Positions 25,731 to 39,228 of a stretch of 64,000 bases of DNA are shown one piece after another. The notes below the pieces were generated by a model. The model did not search any database and had not been told where the DNA came from. It saw only the letters and a list, made by a program, of their open reading frames with translations. The translations under genes and the position numbers were made by a program. Every line of letters begins with the position of its first letter. Position 1 is the first letter of the stretch. The stretch is from Octopus sinensis (Eukaryota), in contig NC_043000.1 in the NCBI RefSeq assembly GCF_006345805.1, positions 136,586,001-136,650,000 of the forward strand. The letters are read 5' to 3'.

Positions 25731-26684
25731 GGTAAGAGAAGCATGATGAATAAAAGAAAGATTTAGCTTCAACAAACAGGAACAGGAGTAAATAATGAAA
25801 AGAGGAAGTAGAGAGATCAGAGACTTTTAGTTAAATTGTCAGTATCTATGTAGCAATGAGAAATGTTGCAATTTTCTATAAATGGCATAATGTATTAAAT
25901 AATGTTACCAAGCAGTAATCTTTCTCATCTGTCATGCTTTTATTTATTTTTGATTCATTCCTTTTAGACATCGAGTCAAAATGTATCTCTTAAGCTTTTT
26001 CTTTCATTTATCTAGCTGTTAAATACTTTGAGGTTTCAGAATGCAAAGCATGTGAAAAGGTAAGCATCTACCCAGAGATCACAATCTATCACTTGAAGAT
26101 ATTTTCCTACACTGATGTCAACTAATGCTTTGTTAATGTCACTAAATCTTATTTCCTCTACCCTAAAAGGAATCAATAATTTGACAGGTTAGCAGTTAGA
26201 TATTGAATGCAGATATTCATTCACTTCAATAGAAACAGGAAAACCAGCTTTATATATATATATACATATATATACATATATGAAGCTGGTTATATATATA
26301 TACATATATATATATATAAAGCTGGTTATATATATATATATATACATATATATATAAAGCTGGTTATATATATATATATACATACATATATACATACATA
26401 TATATATATATATGCTTGTATGTATATATACATTTATACATGCACACACACGTACACACACAGACACGCACACACACACCACATCACAAAATGTTATAAT
26501 TGATTTTCCCTCTCACCTAAGCATCAAACAAACTAATAATTTTGATCATTACTTAGCTTTTCTTGTTATTTTTATTCTTTCAATATGTGTGTTTGTATAT
26601 ATGTGTGTACATGCAAATAAGTATATACATATAAATGTGTGTGTACATATATGTATATAAGTATTTCACTTATATCTCACGTAT

Positions 26685-26745
26685 TTATCGCTGAAGAGGG
26701 GAAAATTCTTATGAATTAATCCCTAAATTGGGACCAATACGGTAA
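26685..26745 (+). ncRNA. Type I hammerhead-ribozyme-like motif (second family) with a core mutation
   Basis: TTATCG CTGAAGA g GGGA a AATTC ttat GAATT aa TCCC tAAA TTGG ga CCAA TA CGGTAA: stems I, II and III all pair; GAAA reads TAAA. Confidence 0.7.
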
Positions 26746-26875
26746 TAACGGATTTTTTAGAAATTTCTATCGGTTTGTTTCGAGATGCATAAATTATAAT
26801 GGTTATTGACAATTTTTGTCTTTTTTTCGGCATATTTGGCATTAGAGTTTTTTTATTCTGCCCTCATTTTGTAAA

Positions 26876-26918
<43 letters not shown>

Positions 26919-27607
26919 GGGAGAGAGAGAGAGAGAGAGGAATGACACTGAAAGCATTGTTGTGAGGTAAAACAATTTGTTTCATGAGCCCATGGTTTCT
27001 GAGCCACTATGCGGTACTTTGGGCAAGAGTCTTCTAATGTTGCCCCAGTGTGTGTGAGGTATGATGATATATGGTATTATAAAACCAAATATATGGTAGA
27101 AAAATAATATACCCTTATTTGAAAGAGAAACTGGCAGAAAGTGCTCTGTGGTGATGAAGTTAAACGGAATGCAAAAAAACCAATAAGGTTCAAATCAGAG
27201 GGATTGGTATTTTTCCATCCTGAATCAATCCTTATATTATCTCGTATAACTTATGTTTAAATCAAAGCTATAATTATGCATGCATGCATACATACATGCA
27301 TACATACACACATACACACACGCGCGCTCACACAAATATTGTGCTTCCAAAATCTCAATTTCACTTGTATGGGCAGGTCTTCCTGAGAACTGCATATTGC
27401 CGGTAATCTCAGTCCTTTGTTCATCTTATCTGACATCATCTCATGTCTTCTTAGGTTTCCCTAAGCATCACATGTTCATAACGGTGCAGTTTCCTCTCTT
27501 GTACACTACATCTGATTCCTTTTATGTCCTGTTCTTTCTTTCAATACATTTAAACTTTGCCATTTGTGCATACATACATTGCATGTCCAGAATTATAAAT
27601 CTCATCA

Positions 27608-27790
27608 CCACTTAATGTCTGTGTTCCATGCTAGCATGGATTGGACAATTTGACAGGAACTGATATGTTCAGAGACTGCATTGTGTCCCAGGGACTGTTT
27701 TGGCATGGCTTCTGTGGGTGAATGCCCTTCCTAATGCCAACCACTTCAGAGCATGGACTGGATACTTTTCCATGTTACCTGCAGTGGATT
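27608..27790 (-). mobile_element. Old family B-related tail
   Basis: ttccatgctagcatggattggac..atgcccttcctaatgccaaccac. Confidence 0.75.
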
Positions 27791-28117
27791 TGGAAATTGA
27801 ACTATGAGAGGTTGGGGCAACGCAGGTAATTTTAATTGCTTGCTACTATTGGATTTATCATCTCTGCTTACTAATTTTAGATTTTAAATTCTCTAGAAGG
27901 AAGTTTTATCTTCCAGTTACAGGAGAAATTTTTGTTATATTCTTCTTTTTTTTATATACATTGGTGAAGAACATATACAGATACAGCCATAAAAAACAAA
28001 CAAACAAAATATACAGGGTGCGTAAGGTATTTGAGGACATACCTTTTTTTGGGTCATTGCTGCATTGTTTGCTAACTTTGTATAATCTTTGTTCTAAAAC
28101 AATGATGTTGATTTTGG

Positions 28118-28151
<34 letters not shown>

Positions 28152-28770
28152 ACTCTTACATAACTTGAGTCAACCAAAATCCTATAGTTGGCCTATATGC
28201 TGTGCAGTGGGATCAAACCAGGAGCTTCATGGATAGAAAGTGAAGTTCCTAATCACACAGCCATATCAGCACAATTAAAAATAATCCGTATACTTCCACA
28301 ACTGTTTTAGTCAATTTCATTTGGTTGTACCAATGAAAGTGATGCTGAAGAACATGTTTCTGAACAAAAAGACAAAAAAAAAGAAAAAGAGGAAAAGCAA
28401 GATTTTATTTAAAAAGAAAAGAATGCTATCTTCTGAAATCTCTTGACTTTACATAGAAGTTGTTCTTTATTTCTTTCATTAGGTTTCATATCAGAAGTAA
28501 AATGGAGACAATAGAGTAGTGTAATTGATACATGAAGATAGTTATTCCAGATTTCTGCTCTGAGTTCAAATTCGTTTTACACCTGTTTTATAACCTGGCA
28601 GAGATTAGACAGATATGTATTTGAGGTAATACTTTATGGCTGAATGTTCTTCTTGTGACTGATTTTTACTTGTTTTTCAGTATGGGAATTTGACATTTGA
28701 TTAAAATTTGAAACTGCACAGATACAGGATGCAAAGCCTATGAGGAGTATAAGCAGAAGGAGCTGAGAAA

Positions 28771-29341
28771 AACATGGGTCAGAGATGAATGATAAGAGGT
28801 GATATTCTGGGCAGAAAAATTTGGATCTGGCTAGTAGTATAGAACCTGAGAGAAGAGACAGAGTGTGTGATGATAAAAAGGATATGTTTGTTGAGTATAT
28901 TTAGGTTGCAACTAGTTAGCTTTGAGTAGCTGAAACTATTGTAGTTTCTATAGAAGAACATGGGTCAGAGGTGAATAAAAGAGGTGATTAAAAGAGGTGA
29001 TTAAAAGAGGGCAGAAAAATTTGGATCTGGCCAGTAGTATAGAACCTGAGGGAAGAGACAGAGTGGGTGATGATAGAAGGGATATGTTTGTTGAGTATAT
29101 TTAGGCTGCAAATAGTTAGCTTTGAGTAGCTGAAACTATTGTAGTTTCTATAGAAGAACATGGGTCAGAGGTGAATTAAAAGAGGTGATATTCTGGGCAG
29201 AAAAATTTGGATCTGGCCAGTAGTATAGAACCTGAGGAAAGAGACAGAGTGGGTGATGATATAAGGGATATGTTTGTTGAGTATATTTAGGTTGCAACTA
29301 GTTAGCTTTGAGTAGCTGAAACTATTGTAGTTTCTATAGAA
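28771..29341. repeat. Tandem triplication (186, 200 and ~185 bp), probably of an old LINE endonuclease/linker segment
   Basis: aacatgggtcagag starts at 28771, 28957 and 29157; units are near-identical. Minus-strand PDPNFSAQNIT and flanking LANLVKNSFTNIP weakly resemble CR1/Jockey-group ORF2. Confidence 0.9.
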
Positions 29342-29436
29342 CAAGCAGAGTTAGAAAGCAGCACATCTATGGATTATAGGTTGGGGAATGTTGGTGAATG
29401 AGTTCTTAACTAAGTTAGCCAATTTTCTTTACAATG

Positions 29437-29664
29437 ACTTGACTTGACTTGACAGCATTTACCCGGGGTGGGTTGAGCTGGCTTCATTCATCCTCAGTGC
29501 TGCATCTCTCACAAGCGCTGACCAGGCCTGGCGATTTGAGGCTAACGACTGCGTGATCTCCAACCACTCCTTATTCCAGTGGCGAATGCCATAGATATGG
29601 GGGCCTAGGTGGGTTCCAGATCAGCCTTGACTGTCATCAGCCAGGTTTTACATTGTCCACCAAC
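29437..29664 (-). mobile_element. 5'-truncated RTE LINE 3' end with (TCAAG)n tail
   Basis: Minus translation GGQCKTWLMTVKADLEP..IYGIRHWNKEWLEITQSLASNRQAWSALVRDA; 12-bp TSD ttctttacaatg at 29425 and 29665. Confidence 0.9.
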
Positions 29665-31359
29665 TTCTTTACAATGCAGCCATATAGGCTTGTCTTGGGA
29701 GTCAGAAGAACTCTCTCAAATGCAAATGTAGTATTTCATTGCAGAAACCTGCTTAGAGAGTCAGCAGCTGTTTGTAACTGAAATATTTTCAACCCTAAAC
29801 AAGAAATCTAGTCTTTGGGACACTGTTTTTGCTATGCTTAGATGTGAGATTCTCAGGAGAGATCATCAGTACTTGTTAAACACAGCATTTATAGCATCTT
29901 TGGTCAATATCTTCTCACAATATTATTTATTTGCAATTTAAAGTTGAGCGATGATATCATATATCTTCTTTTGATATCATTTTACAACATCACGAAACTC
30001 TTGCCAGATTATTTAATTATACTTCATTAAGTATAAACTCCAAATTTTATTATGTTTCTTTTACACTTCAATATTCTGAAATCATGTTTTCGTTTCAGAG
30101 AAAATTAGTTCCCACAATAGTATATCAAGAGATGTTCAAGAAGAACAATGATAGTACTCACTCAACTTCTTCTTAATTTTCCTTTTTTTCTTTCTTAATG
30201 TTTGAAAGAATTCCATACATTAATGGGTTCTCACTTTCCTTTTTTTTTTTTACTAATAAATAAATAAACAAATTAGAATGTCTGGTTTCCATCAATTTTC
30301 ATCATCAGATTGATAAATTAAACAACAATAAACAATTGACCACATTGGAAAGAATACGTATGTATGTGTGTGTGTGTACATATATATATATATATATATA
30401 AAACATATGCACATACATATATATATACATGTATACACATCCACCTACACACAATGAGAAAAAAAGAAAGGAACAATAATTAAAATATAAATCAATTTAA
30501 TACACATAAAAAGAATGTATCAACGTTTTACCACACACTACGAAATCTTTGAACCATTCACTTGAATAAAAAAGAAAAGAAAACTGTTTTCGAAAAAAAC
30601 ACCAAGAAAATTTCCAATATAAAAGACTAACAAACTAACAAAATGTTGATCTAATGCAGAATAGACTTTGTAGTAGAGAGCCATTTTTTTTTCTATTACA
30701 ATTTCCTCAAATCATCTCACTTTGCTATTCTTTTTTTTATCAGTATTATTTTTATATATATATTTATTATTATCATTTTTATGTATATTTATTATATTCA
30801 TATATTCATTACTATTAATATTATTTAATTATTTATCTTTTGCAGTCATTCAGTTATCTATAAGTATGCACTGCAGTGCACCTTATAGTCCGATAATTTC
30901 CAAATGAATTTTCACATATATATATATATATATACATACATATGCTGATGTAATGCTTGCTATTTCCAACAACCAGCCCTATCCAGATGTCATCATAAGG
31001 ACTGCAGCTGAGCAACAATCTTTTTAATGCTGGGTACAATAGATTGAACAGCAACTGACTTGGCTACATCAATTCCCACCAACATACAATACCACCACAG
31101 CCAATGAATCCAGAGTGGCCACCACTGGCATCAACACAGATGTCAGCCATTCAAGAATTGGACCTGGAGATCTTCATTTCTAGCGACTTCAAGGGCCACG
31201 TCCCAGTGGTGCCGGGCATCAATGAAGAGCCCTTGATTACAACAAGATGACCAAAGTTTTTTTTTTCCAAGGTCTGGGGTCTCCCGCCCCTAAGCCCTAG
31301 ACCATCACCTAATCACCCATACCTGTCTTGTTGCTTAACAACAACAACAACCGCACAGA

Positions 31360-33660
31360 TGTCACATCTTACTAAACATTAGAGGACTGTTACAACTCCA
31401 AAACAGAACCAAGATTCCCTTTTGTGAGGCTGTGTAGCTTGCAGTCAAGCCTAATGCACTCACTAAAACCACAGCTAAACCCAACATTATAGATGCAGAA
31501 ATACACATACCAAAGTATGTTATATTGCAAGCTGGTAGAAAAGACAGGAGCCATGGTACAGTTTCAAGGTATGTTCTTGAAAACTTCCCTCCCCAGGTCC
31601 TTTTTGTCATACTCAAACTCAGGATGTAACACACTAATTGTACATATAAGACAACTTGATATAGTCATATGCATTACTTACTGCCCACTGGGTGTTTCAA
31701 ATCACACAGGCCTATTGAAGACTGCCTTGCAAAAATAGTAGAAGTCATAAACAAATTAGAACAACATATCAGTTTACTTCTCATGGGAGCCTTTGCCTGC
31801 CCAATGTAGGATGGCCTGAGGGCCTTTACCTCTTAGGAATGGTGTGGTGTGAACAAAGATAGATGAAATCCCCCCTCAACCTCACTAACATATACATGGA
31901 GCAAGTAGTATTCCAAGATATCAGCACAAAACAATACACTTGATCTCTGCTTCACAAACAATACAGATCTCGACTATAATGTGAAAATGACACCAAAGCT
32001 AGTCCTTCATCACATTACAATAGAACCGAAGAAAAAGAATTCACAGTCATGCAACCTATGAGAAGCACTCAAAATTTATCTAATCTGAATGTCCATAAAA
32101 CAGACTGGCAACCAATTGAGAAAGAGAACATGAAACAAGATTTGCCTCAATGTCTCTCCACACCATTCATTGGCAGGAAACTCAAAGAATTCATGTCCAT
32201 AATGCATGCCATATGCTACAAGTTTGTCTCAGAGAGAAAATTCTCTGTACATAAGAACAAAATCCCCCAGGGAGATGGAAGTTCTTATGAGACAGTGTTT
32301 AAGGATTGCAAACTGCCTAAGTAGAGAACTTGGTGATAGTGAAAAATTCCACCAGAAAACTACACTGCAAGATAGAGAAAAATCTGAAACACTCCCTTGG
32401 AAAAGAGAAAGATAGCAGACAAAGATGCCTGGGTTACAGAAAATATAAAATCAAACCCCAAAGCCTTCTTTAAGTAAGCCAAAGAAAGTTCCTTCATATT
32501 CATATGTTGTGAGGTAAGGACACTCCTGAAAATGTTGGTTCCCTCATAGGGAACCTAATAAGGATAAGGTAAACACTGAATGAATAATTCAAAAGTATTT
32601 CCATCCCACCCTTGCAACATACACAAGTCAGCAAACTTGTAGAATTCTTTACCACTACATGTAAAGCAGGGAGTAACAATTGATTACATCAACAATAAAG
32701 AAGAGGATGTAATACTAGCTATAGATGAGGTAGACACAAACTCGGCTGCTGGCCACAAGGATTTCCCAGCAATCCATCTCAAATCATACAGATGAGCTCT
32801 TGTAAAACCACTGCAGCCTCATTTTCAGAACTTCCATGCAATTGGTAAGCTCTCAGGCAAATTAGAAGAGAGAATAATATATTCTTTCCATAAAAACGAA
32901 AGCAGAGCAGATACTAAAAACTACAGGCCTATCTTTCTGATCTCACTTAGTAGGAAAGTCATGGAATGAATAGTCCGAAGGAAACTAATTGCATTCCTTG
33001 AAGAGACTGACTTGCTTGCTGATACCCAGCATAATTTTCAACCAGCTAGAAGTTTCCTGACACAGTTCTTACAACACTATGACTGAGTGTTAAAGCAGCT
33101 ACTCAACAACTCAAATGTGAACATGATATATCTTAACTTTGCAAAAGCCTTTGATAAAGTGGACGATGGTATGATATGTCACAAGCTGCCTAATCTTGGC
33201 ATAGTAAGAAAACTTGGAGAGTGTTTATACAACTTTCTAATTGATAAAAATTATGTAGTAGTAGTCAGTGGGGTTACCTCCAAGGAAATGCATATAATGA
33301 GTGATGTCTCACAAAACATTGTTTAGGCCACTACTATTTATAGTGGCCTTCTCAGATGTGACCTTTGCTGTTCAGATAACCAGCCTTGCTAGCTATGCAG
33401 ACAGTACTAAAGCCACTCAGAGGAGTTAGAAACATGGAGATGTTGCACACCTGCAACAGAAATTGGGCTGAGAACAATAACATGCAGTTTAATGCTGTAA
33501 AATTCCAAGCCCTGCACTACCAGCACATGAAACTAAATGAAATGCAGATAGGATACACTGGCCCAAGAGGGATTGCAATCCCTGAATCAAAATCAGTGCA
33601 TGACCTTGGCATTGACATGAGTAATGATACATTCTTCCCAGGTGCATATTACTGAGATGG
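31360..33660 (+). mobile_element. Decayed CR1-clade LINE ORF2 (EN + RT)
   Basis: LLNIRGL, LDLCFTN, ENIKSNPKAFFK, KNYRPIFLISL, QHNF, IYLNFAKAFDKV, WAENNNMQFNAVKFQ, VHDLGIDMS; many stops. Confidence 0.92.
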
Positions 33661-33703
33661 TAAAAGTATGGTACCCAACTGGATAGATCTGTAGAACTTC
33701 CGG

Positions 33704-33748
<45 letters not shown>

Positions 33749-33749
33749 T

Positions 33750-33960
33750 TGCCAGTACTGCCTGACTGGCCCTTGTGCTGGTGGCACGTAAAAGCACCCA
33801 CTGCACTCTCGGAGTGGTTGGCGTTAGGAAGGGCATCCAGCTGAAGAAACTCTGCTAGATCAAGATTGGAGCCTGGTGCAGCCATCTGGTTCACCAGTCT
33901 CAGTCAAATCGTCCAACCCATGATAGCATGGAAAGTGGGCATTAAACGATGATGATGATA
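33750..33960 (+). mobile_element. SINE-like family B, short copy
   Basis: One subunit plus tail ending (gat)n. Confidence 0.9.
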
Positions 33961-33978
33961 TATATATATATATATATG

Positions 33979-34072
33979 ATTATAATTAAGGGTATCTAAG
34001 AGATAGTAGTAAAAACTTAATTCTAGAATGACTCTAGCATGGTGGTATCTCTTAGATACCCTTAATTATAAT
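33979..34072. repeat. Perfect 27-bp inverted repeat
   Basis: attataattaagggtatctaagagata ... tatctcttagatacccttaattataat with a 40-nt loop. Confidence 0.95.
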
Positions 34073-34193
34073 TTTAACAATAATTAATACCTATAAGGTT
34101 TTTATTCCCATGCTGGCCATTTGATATAATTGGTATTTTAAAGAACAATCTTATCCTTATTTATATATATATATATACATACATACATACATA

Positions 34194-34278
34194 TATAGCT
34201 TATTTTTTAATACAAAGCAGGACATAACAAGACGTCACCTATTTTATGTCATGCTTTGTATTAAAAAAATAAGCTATA
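34194..34278. repeat. ~33-bp near-perfect inverted repeat
   Basis: atagcttattttttaatacaaagcaggacataa ... ttatgtcatgctttgtattaaaaaaataagctat. Confidence 0.92.
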
Positions 34279-34348
34279 AATGTGGTCTAATCGAAGTGTT
34301 TGTTAATCTGAGGTTTTCTCCATTTTCTAATTATTTGCCTTAAATATG

Positions 34349-34381
<33 letters not shown>

Positions 34382-34426
34382 GTGGGATGCAGATGAATGC
34401 AATTAGACTTGACAGATACATACACA

Positions 34427-34481
<55 letters not shown>

Positions 34482-34713
34482 TATAGGCATATATTGGTTA
34501 AGCTTAATTGTGTTTATCTGCATTACTAAATCATTACCTCCATATCAGTTCACCTTGGATTTCTCTCATTGCCACAGTTGACACTATGGACCAAGTCATG
34601 GATGTAGAATTTGGAGTTCAAATTCATTTGATGACTGCTACATGTTTTCTATACTCAGCCTATCTAGCTTTTACTTATTTTTCTATATATGCGTGTGTGT
34701 GTTTGCGTGTTTT

Positions 34714-34752
<39 letters not shown>

Positions 34753-36252
34753 TGTAGTTTGATATACATGCTTGTGAGTTTTGTAGTTTGCTGATTATAT
34801 ATAATTTATGATACCTGATTATGTATTATATCTGTATGATCTGTGATTGCTGTGTGTTTGTATTTGTATCAAATCTGTATGTTTATTGATGTGTAAGTGC
34901 ATGTGTGTGCATGTGCATGTGTGTGTGTGTGTATGTAAAGTGTGCGTTTGAAGCAGAGAGTGAAAGTGATGTTTTAGAGAAAGATAAACTTGATTTGGGA
35001 AATTTAAGTAAAATAGAAAATAGAAAATAATGAATTATTTAGCAACACAAAGAAAAATTTCGAACAGCCTCCTGCAACCAATACTTCAATAAATTTATTC
35101 CAATTGCTCCTATAAATCTGTGGCTTCTTGAGAAAAACAATTCAAAATAAAAACGAAGTAGGTAATTGAATAAACGTATTCCTAAGTAAAATCATAAATT
35201 ATTTCCAGTGATGCTATACTAACCCAAAGTTTTTTTTTGTCATGTTTGCTGATAGTACTCATGACCTTTTTCAGGGAATCTTGGGTTGCTGGAAGAAAGC
35301 AAAGATATTGCTCTATGAACAAAGGCCTGGCATGAGAGCTTGCAACAAGGTTTACTCCACTAAGGACGCACTACAGACAGGGATTTTTTTCAACCAATAA
35401 TGAATTAAGTAATGACTCAAGAACAAGGAAACGATTTCTGCAATGGATCTCTTGTACATAATGTCTATTTACTGATTTTCAGTTTGAAGGGTTTGTTGTA
35501 TTCAATAGGAAACATGTACTCAAGGTTCTGAGCTGTGGAATCAAATACAAAACATTGTATTTGTGAAGTGAGCTTAATCATAAAGTCATGCTTGATCCCA
35601 ATTTTATAGATTCCTCCAAAAATCATTACAAGTAATAAGCATGCACACATGCAAACGCACATACATGTAAACACATTCATACATACACACATACATACAT
35701 ACATACATACATACATGCATACATACATACACACATGCATACGTACATATATATCATGAACTAACTGTTACTTTCTCAGATGCAGCATGGAATTTTGTCA
35801 GTGAACAGGGTGCGGTCTCAAAGCGACAAAGATATTTTGACAAATTAAATTTAAATGTTGAAGTGAATCTAACGGTTTTTGTGTGTTTCTTAAATGGCTT
35901 ATAAACACGTTCCACGCTGCAATTGTTTTCATTCCAGCACACGGTCTCAGATCAAGTCACTTGCTATGCAAGTACATCTCTGTAATTACTAGTAATGTTA
36001 TTTAGTAATTACAAGCAGAGTAGTGAAAATGGAAACCATTGTAGAAAACTAATGAAGATCAACCATTCAAAATGAATTCATCCACAGTGTTTTGTGACCC
36101 TTGACACTGTTCTCCTAATGTGATGGTACTATGAAAATACTGTTATTTGACATGCATGTATTCTGTTAATTTCTACTACATGTTTGTCTCTGCCAAAGGT
36201 TTCTGCTTAGAAATATTAGTTTTCTTCTGCCTCACTACATAAAACTTATTCT

Positions 36253-36424
36253 ATAGGCGTAGGAGTGGCTGTGTGGTAATTAGCTTGCTTACCAACCACA
36301 TGGTTCTGGGTTCAGTCCCATTGCCTGGCACCTTGGGCAAGTGTCTTCTACTATAGCCTCGGGCTGATCAAAGCCTTGTGAGTGGATTTGGTAGACAGAA
36401 ATTGAAAGAAGCTTGTCGTTTATA

Positions 36425-36475
<51 letters not shown>

Positions 36476-36655
36476 ATGTTTGTGTGTGTTTGTCCCCCAA
36501 ACATTGCTTGACAACCGATGCTGGTGTGTTTACATCCCCATAACTTAGCAGTTCGACACAAAGAATAAGTCCTGGGGCCAATTTGCTTGACTAAAGGTGG
36601 TGCTCCAGCATGGCCACAGTCAAATGACTGAAACAAGTAAAAGAGTAAAAAAGTA
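36253..36655 (+). mobile_element. SINE family A
   Basis: Head ataggcgtaggagtggctgtgtgg to tail gactgaaacaagtaaaagagtaaaa. Confidence 0.92.
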
Positions 36656-36849
36656 CTGCTTGAACTATTTATCTTCATTCATGTATGGGTCAACAAATAT
36701 GCAACCAGTAAGATACTGGCCAAAATAATGAAACCATTGCTCTAAAATAGCAACATTTCCTTTCCAGCTGGAAACACTTCACTTGATAAATGCATGAATG
36801 TCATAAATTCCCATTTTAAATTCTGCAATAATTTTCCCTCACTTCAACC

Positions 36850-37102
36850 AGCGTCGCTTCACTGGCACATGTAAAAAGATTCGAGTGAGGTCATTGCCAG
36901 TACCACCTGACTGGCTCCCGTGCCGGTGGCACGTAAAAAGCACCACTACACTTTCGGAGTGGTTGGCATTAGGAAGGGCATCCAGCTGTAGAAACTCTGC
37001 CAGATCAAGATTGGAGCCTGGTGCAGCCATCTGGTTCACCAGCCCTCAGTCAAAATCGTCCATGGAAAGCAGACGTTAAACGATGATGATGATGATGATG
37101 AT
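36850..37102 (+). mobile_element. SINE-like family B
   Basis: Two subunits plus tail and (gat)n. Confidence 0.9.
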
Positions 37103-37739
37103 GTTGAGGAATTAGTCTTGCATTTCGATATTGGCAAAATAGAGGCTAGTTTCTTGATATTTCCTGTGTGGCCTAGTTTTGATTGCTAGTTGTAGCATTT
37201 TACTTACATTGCTGATGCCCCTAACAGAGACACTTTTATTTCCCCTCCAATATAAATATAAATTCTAGTAACTACACACACACAAAAAAAAAATCAATAT
37301 TATAAGTTTTTCTTTTTTCGTAAAGATGTAGGGAAAATAAAATATTTAGAAATGTAAAAACTGTTTTTTATTTCTCTGTATTGCTCAAAGGTTTCACCTT
37401 CATTTTATTTGAACAACTCCATGTTTTGATATTTGCTTCTGAATCAATTTTCCCCTTGATAGAAAATATAAGTAGTACAGTATATAATATTCTGTTTCTG
37501 CTAGTATCATGTAAAAATAAGAAATGTTTAAAAACAAAATAAAATGTACCTTATAAGGTTAGGAAGCCAGAAAACAGTATTAAACCTACTTTTGACACAT
37601 ACATGTAAAATTGTGCTGAATCAGGAAATCTTATTTTAGAAATAATATTAAACTGATATTTATGAAATGGGAAGAAATTTGAAAAAGTGGTTCACTACTA
37701 AAATTTATTTATATATATATATTTATTTATTTATTTATA

Positions 37740-37741
<2 letters not shown>

Positions 37742-37813
<72 letters not shown>

Positions 37814-37885
37814 GTTACTATTATTATTATTATCCTTATTATTATCATCATCATCATTATTATTATTAACGATAATAATGATAAC

Positions 37886-37951
<66 letters not shown>

Positions 37952-37975
37952 AAGAAGAAGAAGAAGAAAGAAGAA
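37742..37975. repeat. Compound (ATT)n-(AAT)n-(AAG)n microsatellite
   Basis: Direct reading. Confidence 0.95.
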
Positions 37976-38686
37976 GAGACAACACTATAAAGGACCAAAA
38001 ATGGCAGTGAGTTGGCAAACCATGAGAGGATTGTGAAAAATCCTTTGCAGCATTCGTTATAATCCTTTACATTCAGGGTTCAGCTCCTGTTGACGTCAAC
38101 CTCGACTTTCATCCCTCTGGATCTGATAAAAATAAAGCACCAGTCAAGTACTGGGGCTGAACAGTATTGATTACACCTTCCCTTCTCAAACTTGATGAGC
38201 TTCTACTTATGATGGAAACCAGTATATACAACCAAAAGTACCTTAGTGCATTTAGTTTCATACTTAAAGGCCATCATCATCATCATCGTTTAATGTCTGT
38301 TGTCCATGCTGGCATGGATTGGACGGTTTGACAGGAGCTGGCCAGTCTGGGGCCTGTACCATACTTCTGTGTCTGTTTCGGCAGGGTTTTTATGGCTGGA
38401 TGCCCTTTCCAACACCAACCACCCAGCAGAGTGGACCACTTTACTTTTAATTTTATCCAGAGCGGAATCAACCATATCTAGTTATCAACTCTGTACTTCA
38501 TCTGTCAAGTACTTGGAGTACTATAACCTTTTATGAAATGTATGCCCCTTTCCCACAGTTAGAAACCATTTTTGAGGTATTGATGTAATCAACTAACCTG
38601 CTTCTCTCATTATTCCTGACTTTGTGCCTAAATCCGGAACAATCATTTTTATTATTATTATTATCATTATTATTATTATTATTATT

Positions 38687-39203
38687 GAGTGAGAGAGCAG
38701 TGCAAGCCATCAAAGTGACACTGGGGTAAAATATATGAAGCCCAGTATACCCATCATGACTACCCATCTGATAAGGGTACACCAGGCACATGCATCAAAC
38801 CAAATGTGCGTGAAATGGTGATCCCATATCAAGATAAACAGCACATGACCTTGCAGGTGGGGCCCAGTTAGAATTTTCTTCTGGTCGAGTAGCCCATCCC
38901 ACTCAAAAGGTCCCTGAATAAGGTTTGTTTAAGGATATTGAACCGACCACCCATGTTTCCAGAGGTGAATAGTCCAAACCTCCAAGAATTCCTTTCAACA
39001 CACGGCTATGATGCTCCCCCACTACTTCTGCTCATGATCAGAGGTGCACATATCGTCAGCCACAAAAGGACATGATCAACTGGTTAAGGTCAAACAACTG
39101 ACAAGTAAATCTGTGGTATTGAGCAGAATATTTGTTGTAGTCCATCTTTTATACCAAGACAAAACAATGTACATGATAACACTTCCAATGTACATGGCAA
39201 CAC
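38687..39203. mobile_element. Unclassified ~517-bp non-coding insert bounded by (TTA)n on both sides
   Basis: Sharp compositional edges against (TTA)n at 38648-38686 and 39204-39228; ~21-bp tandem duplication at the right end; no recognisable ORF; single copy in this window. Confidence 0.5.
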
Positions 39204-39228
39204 TTATTATTATTATTATTATTATTAT

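Noticed and set aside
25272-25775. K/E/R-rich and F/L/S-rich ORFs
   Set aside because: Products of the (GAAA)n tract.
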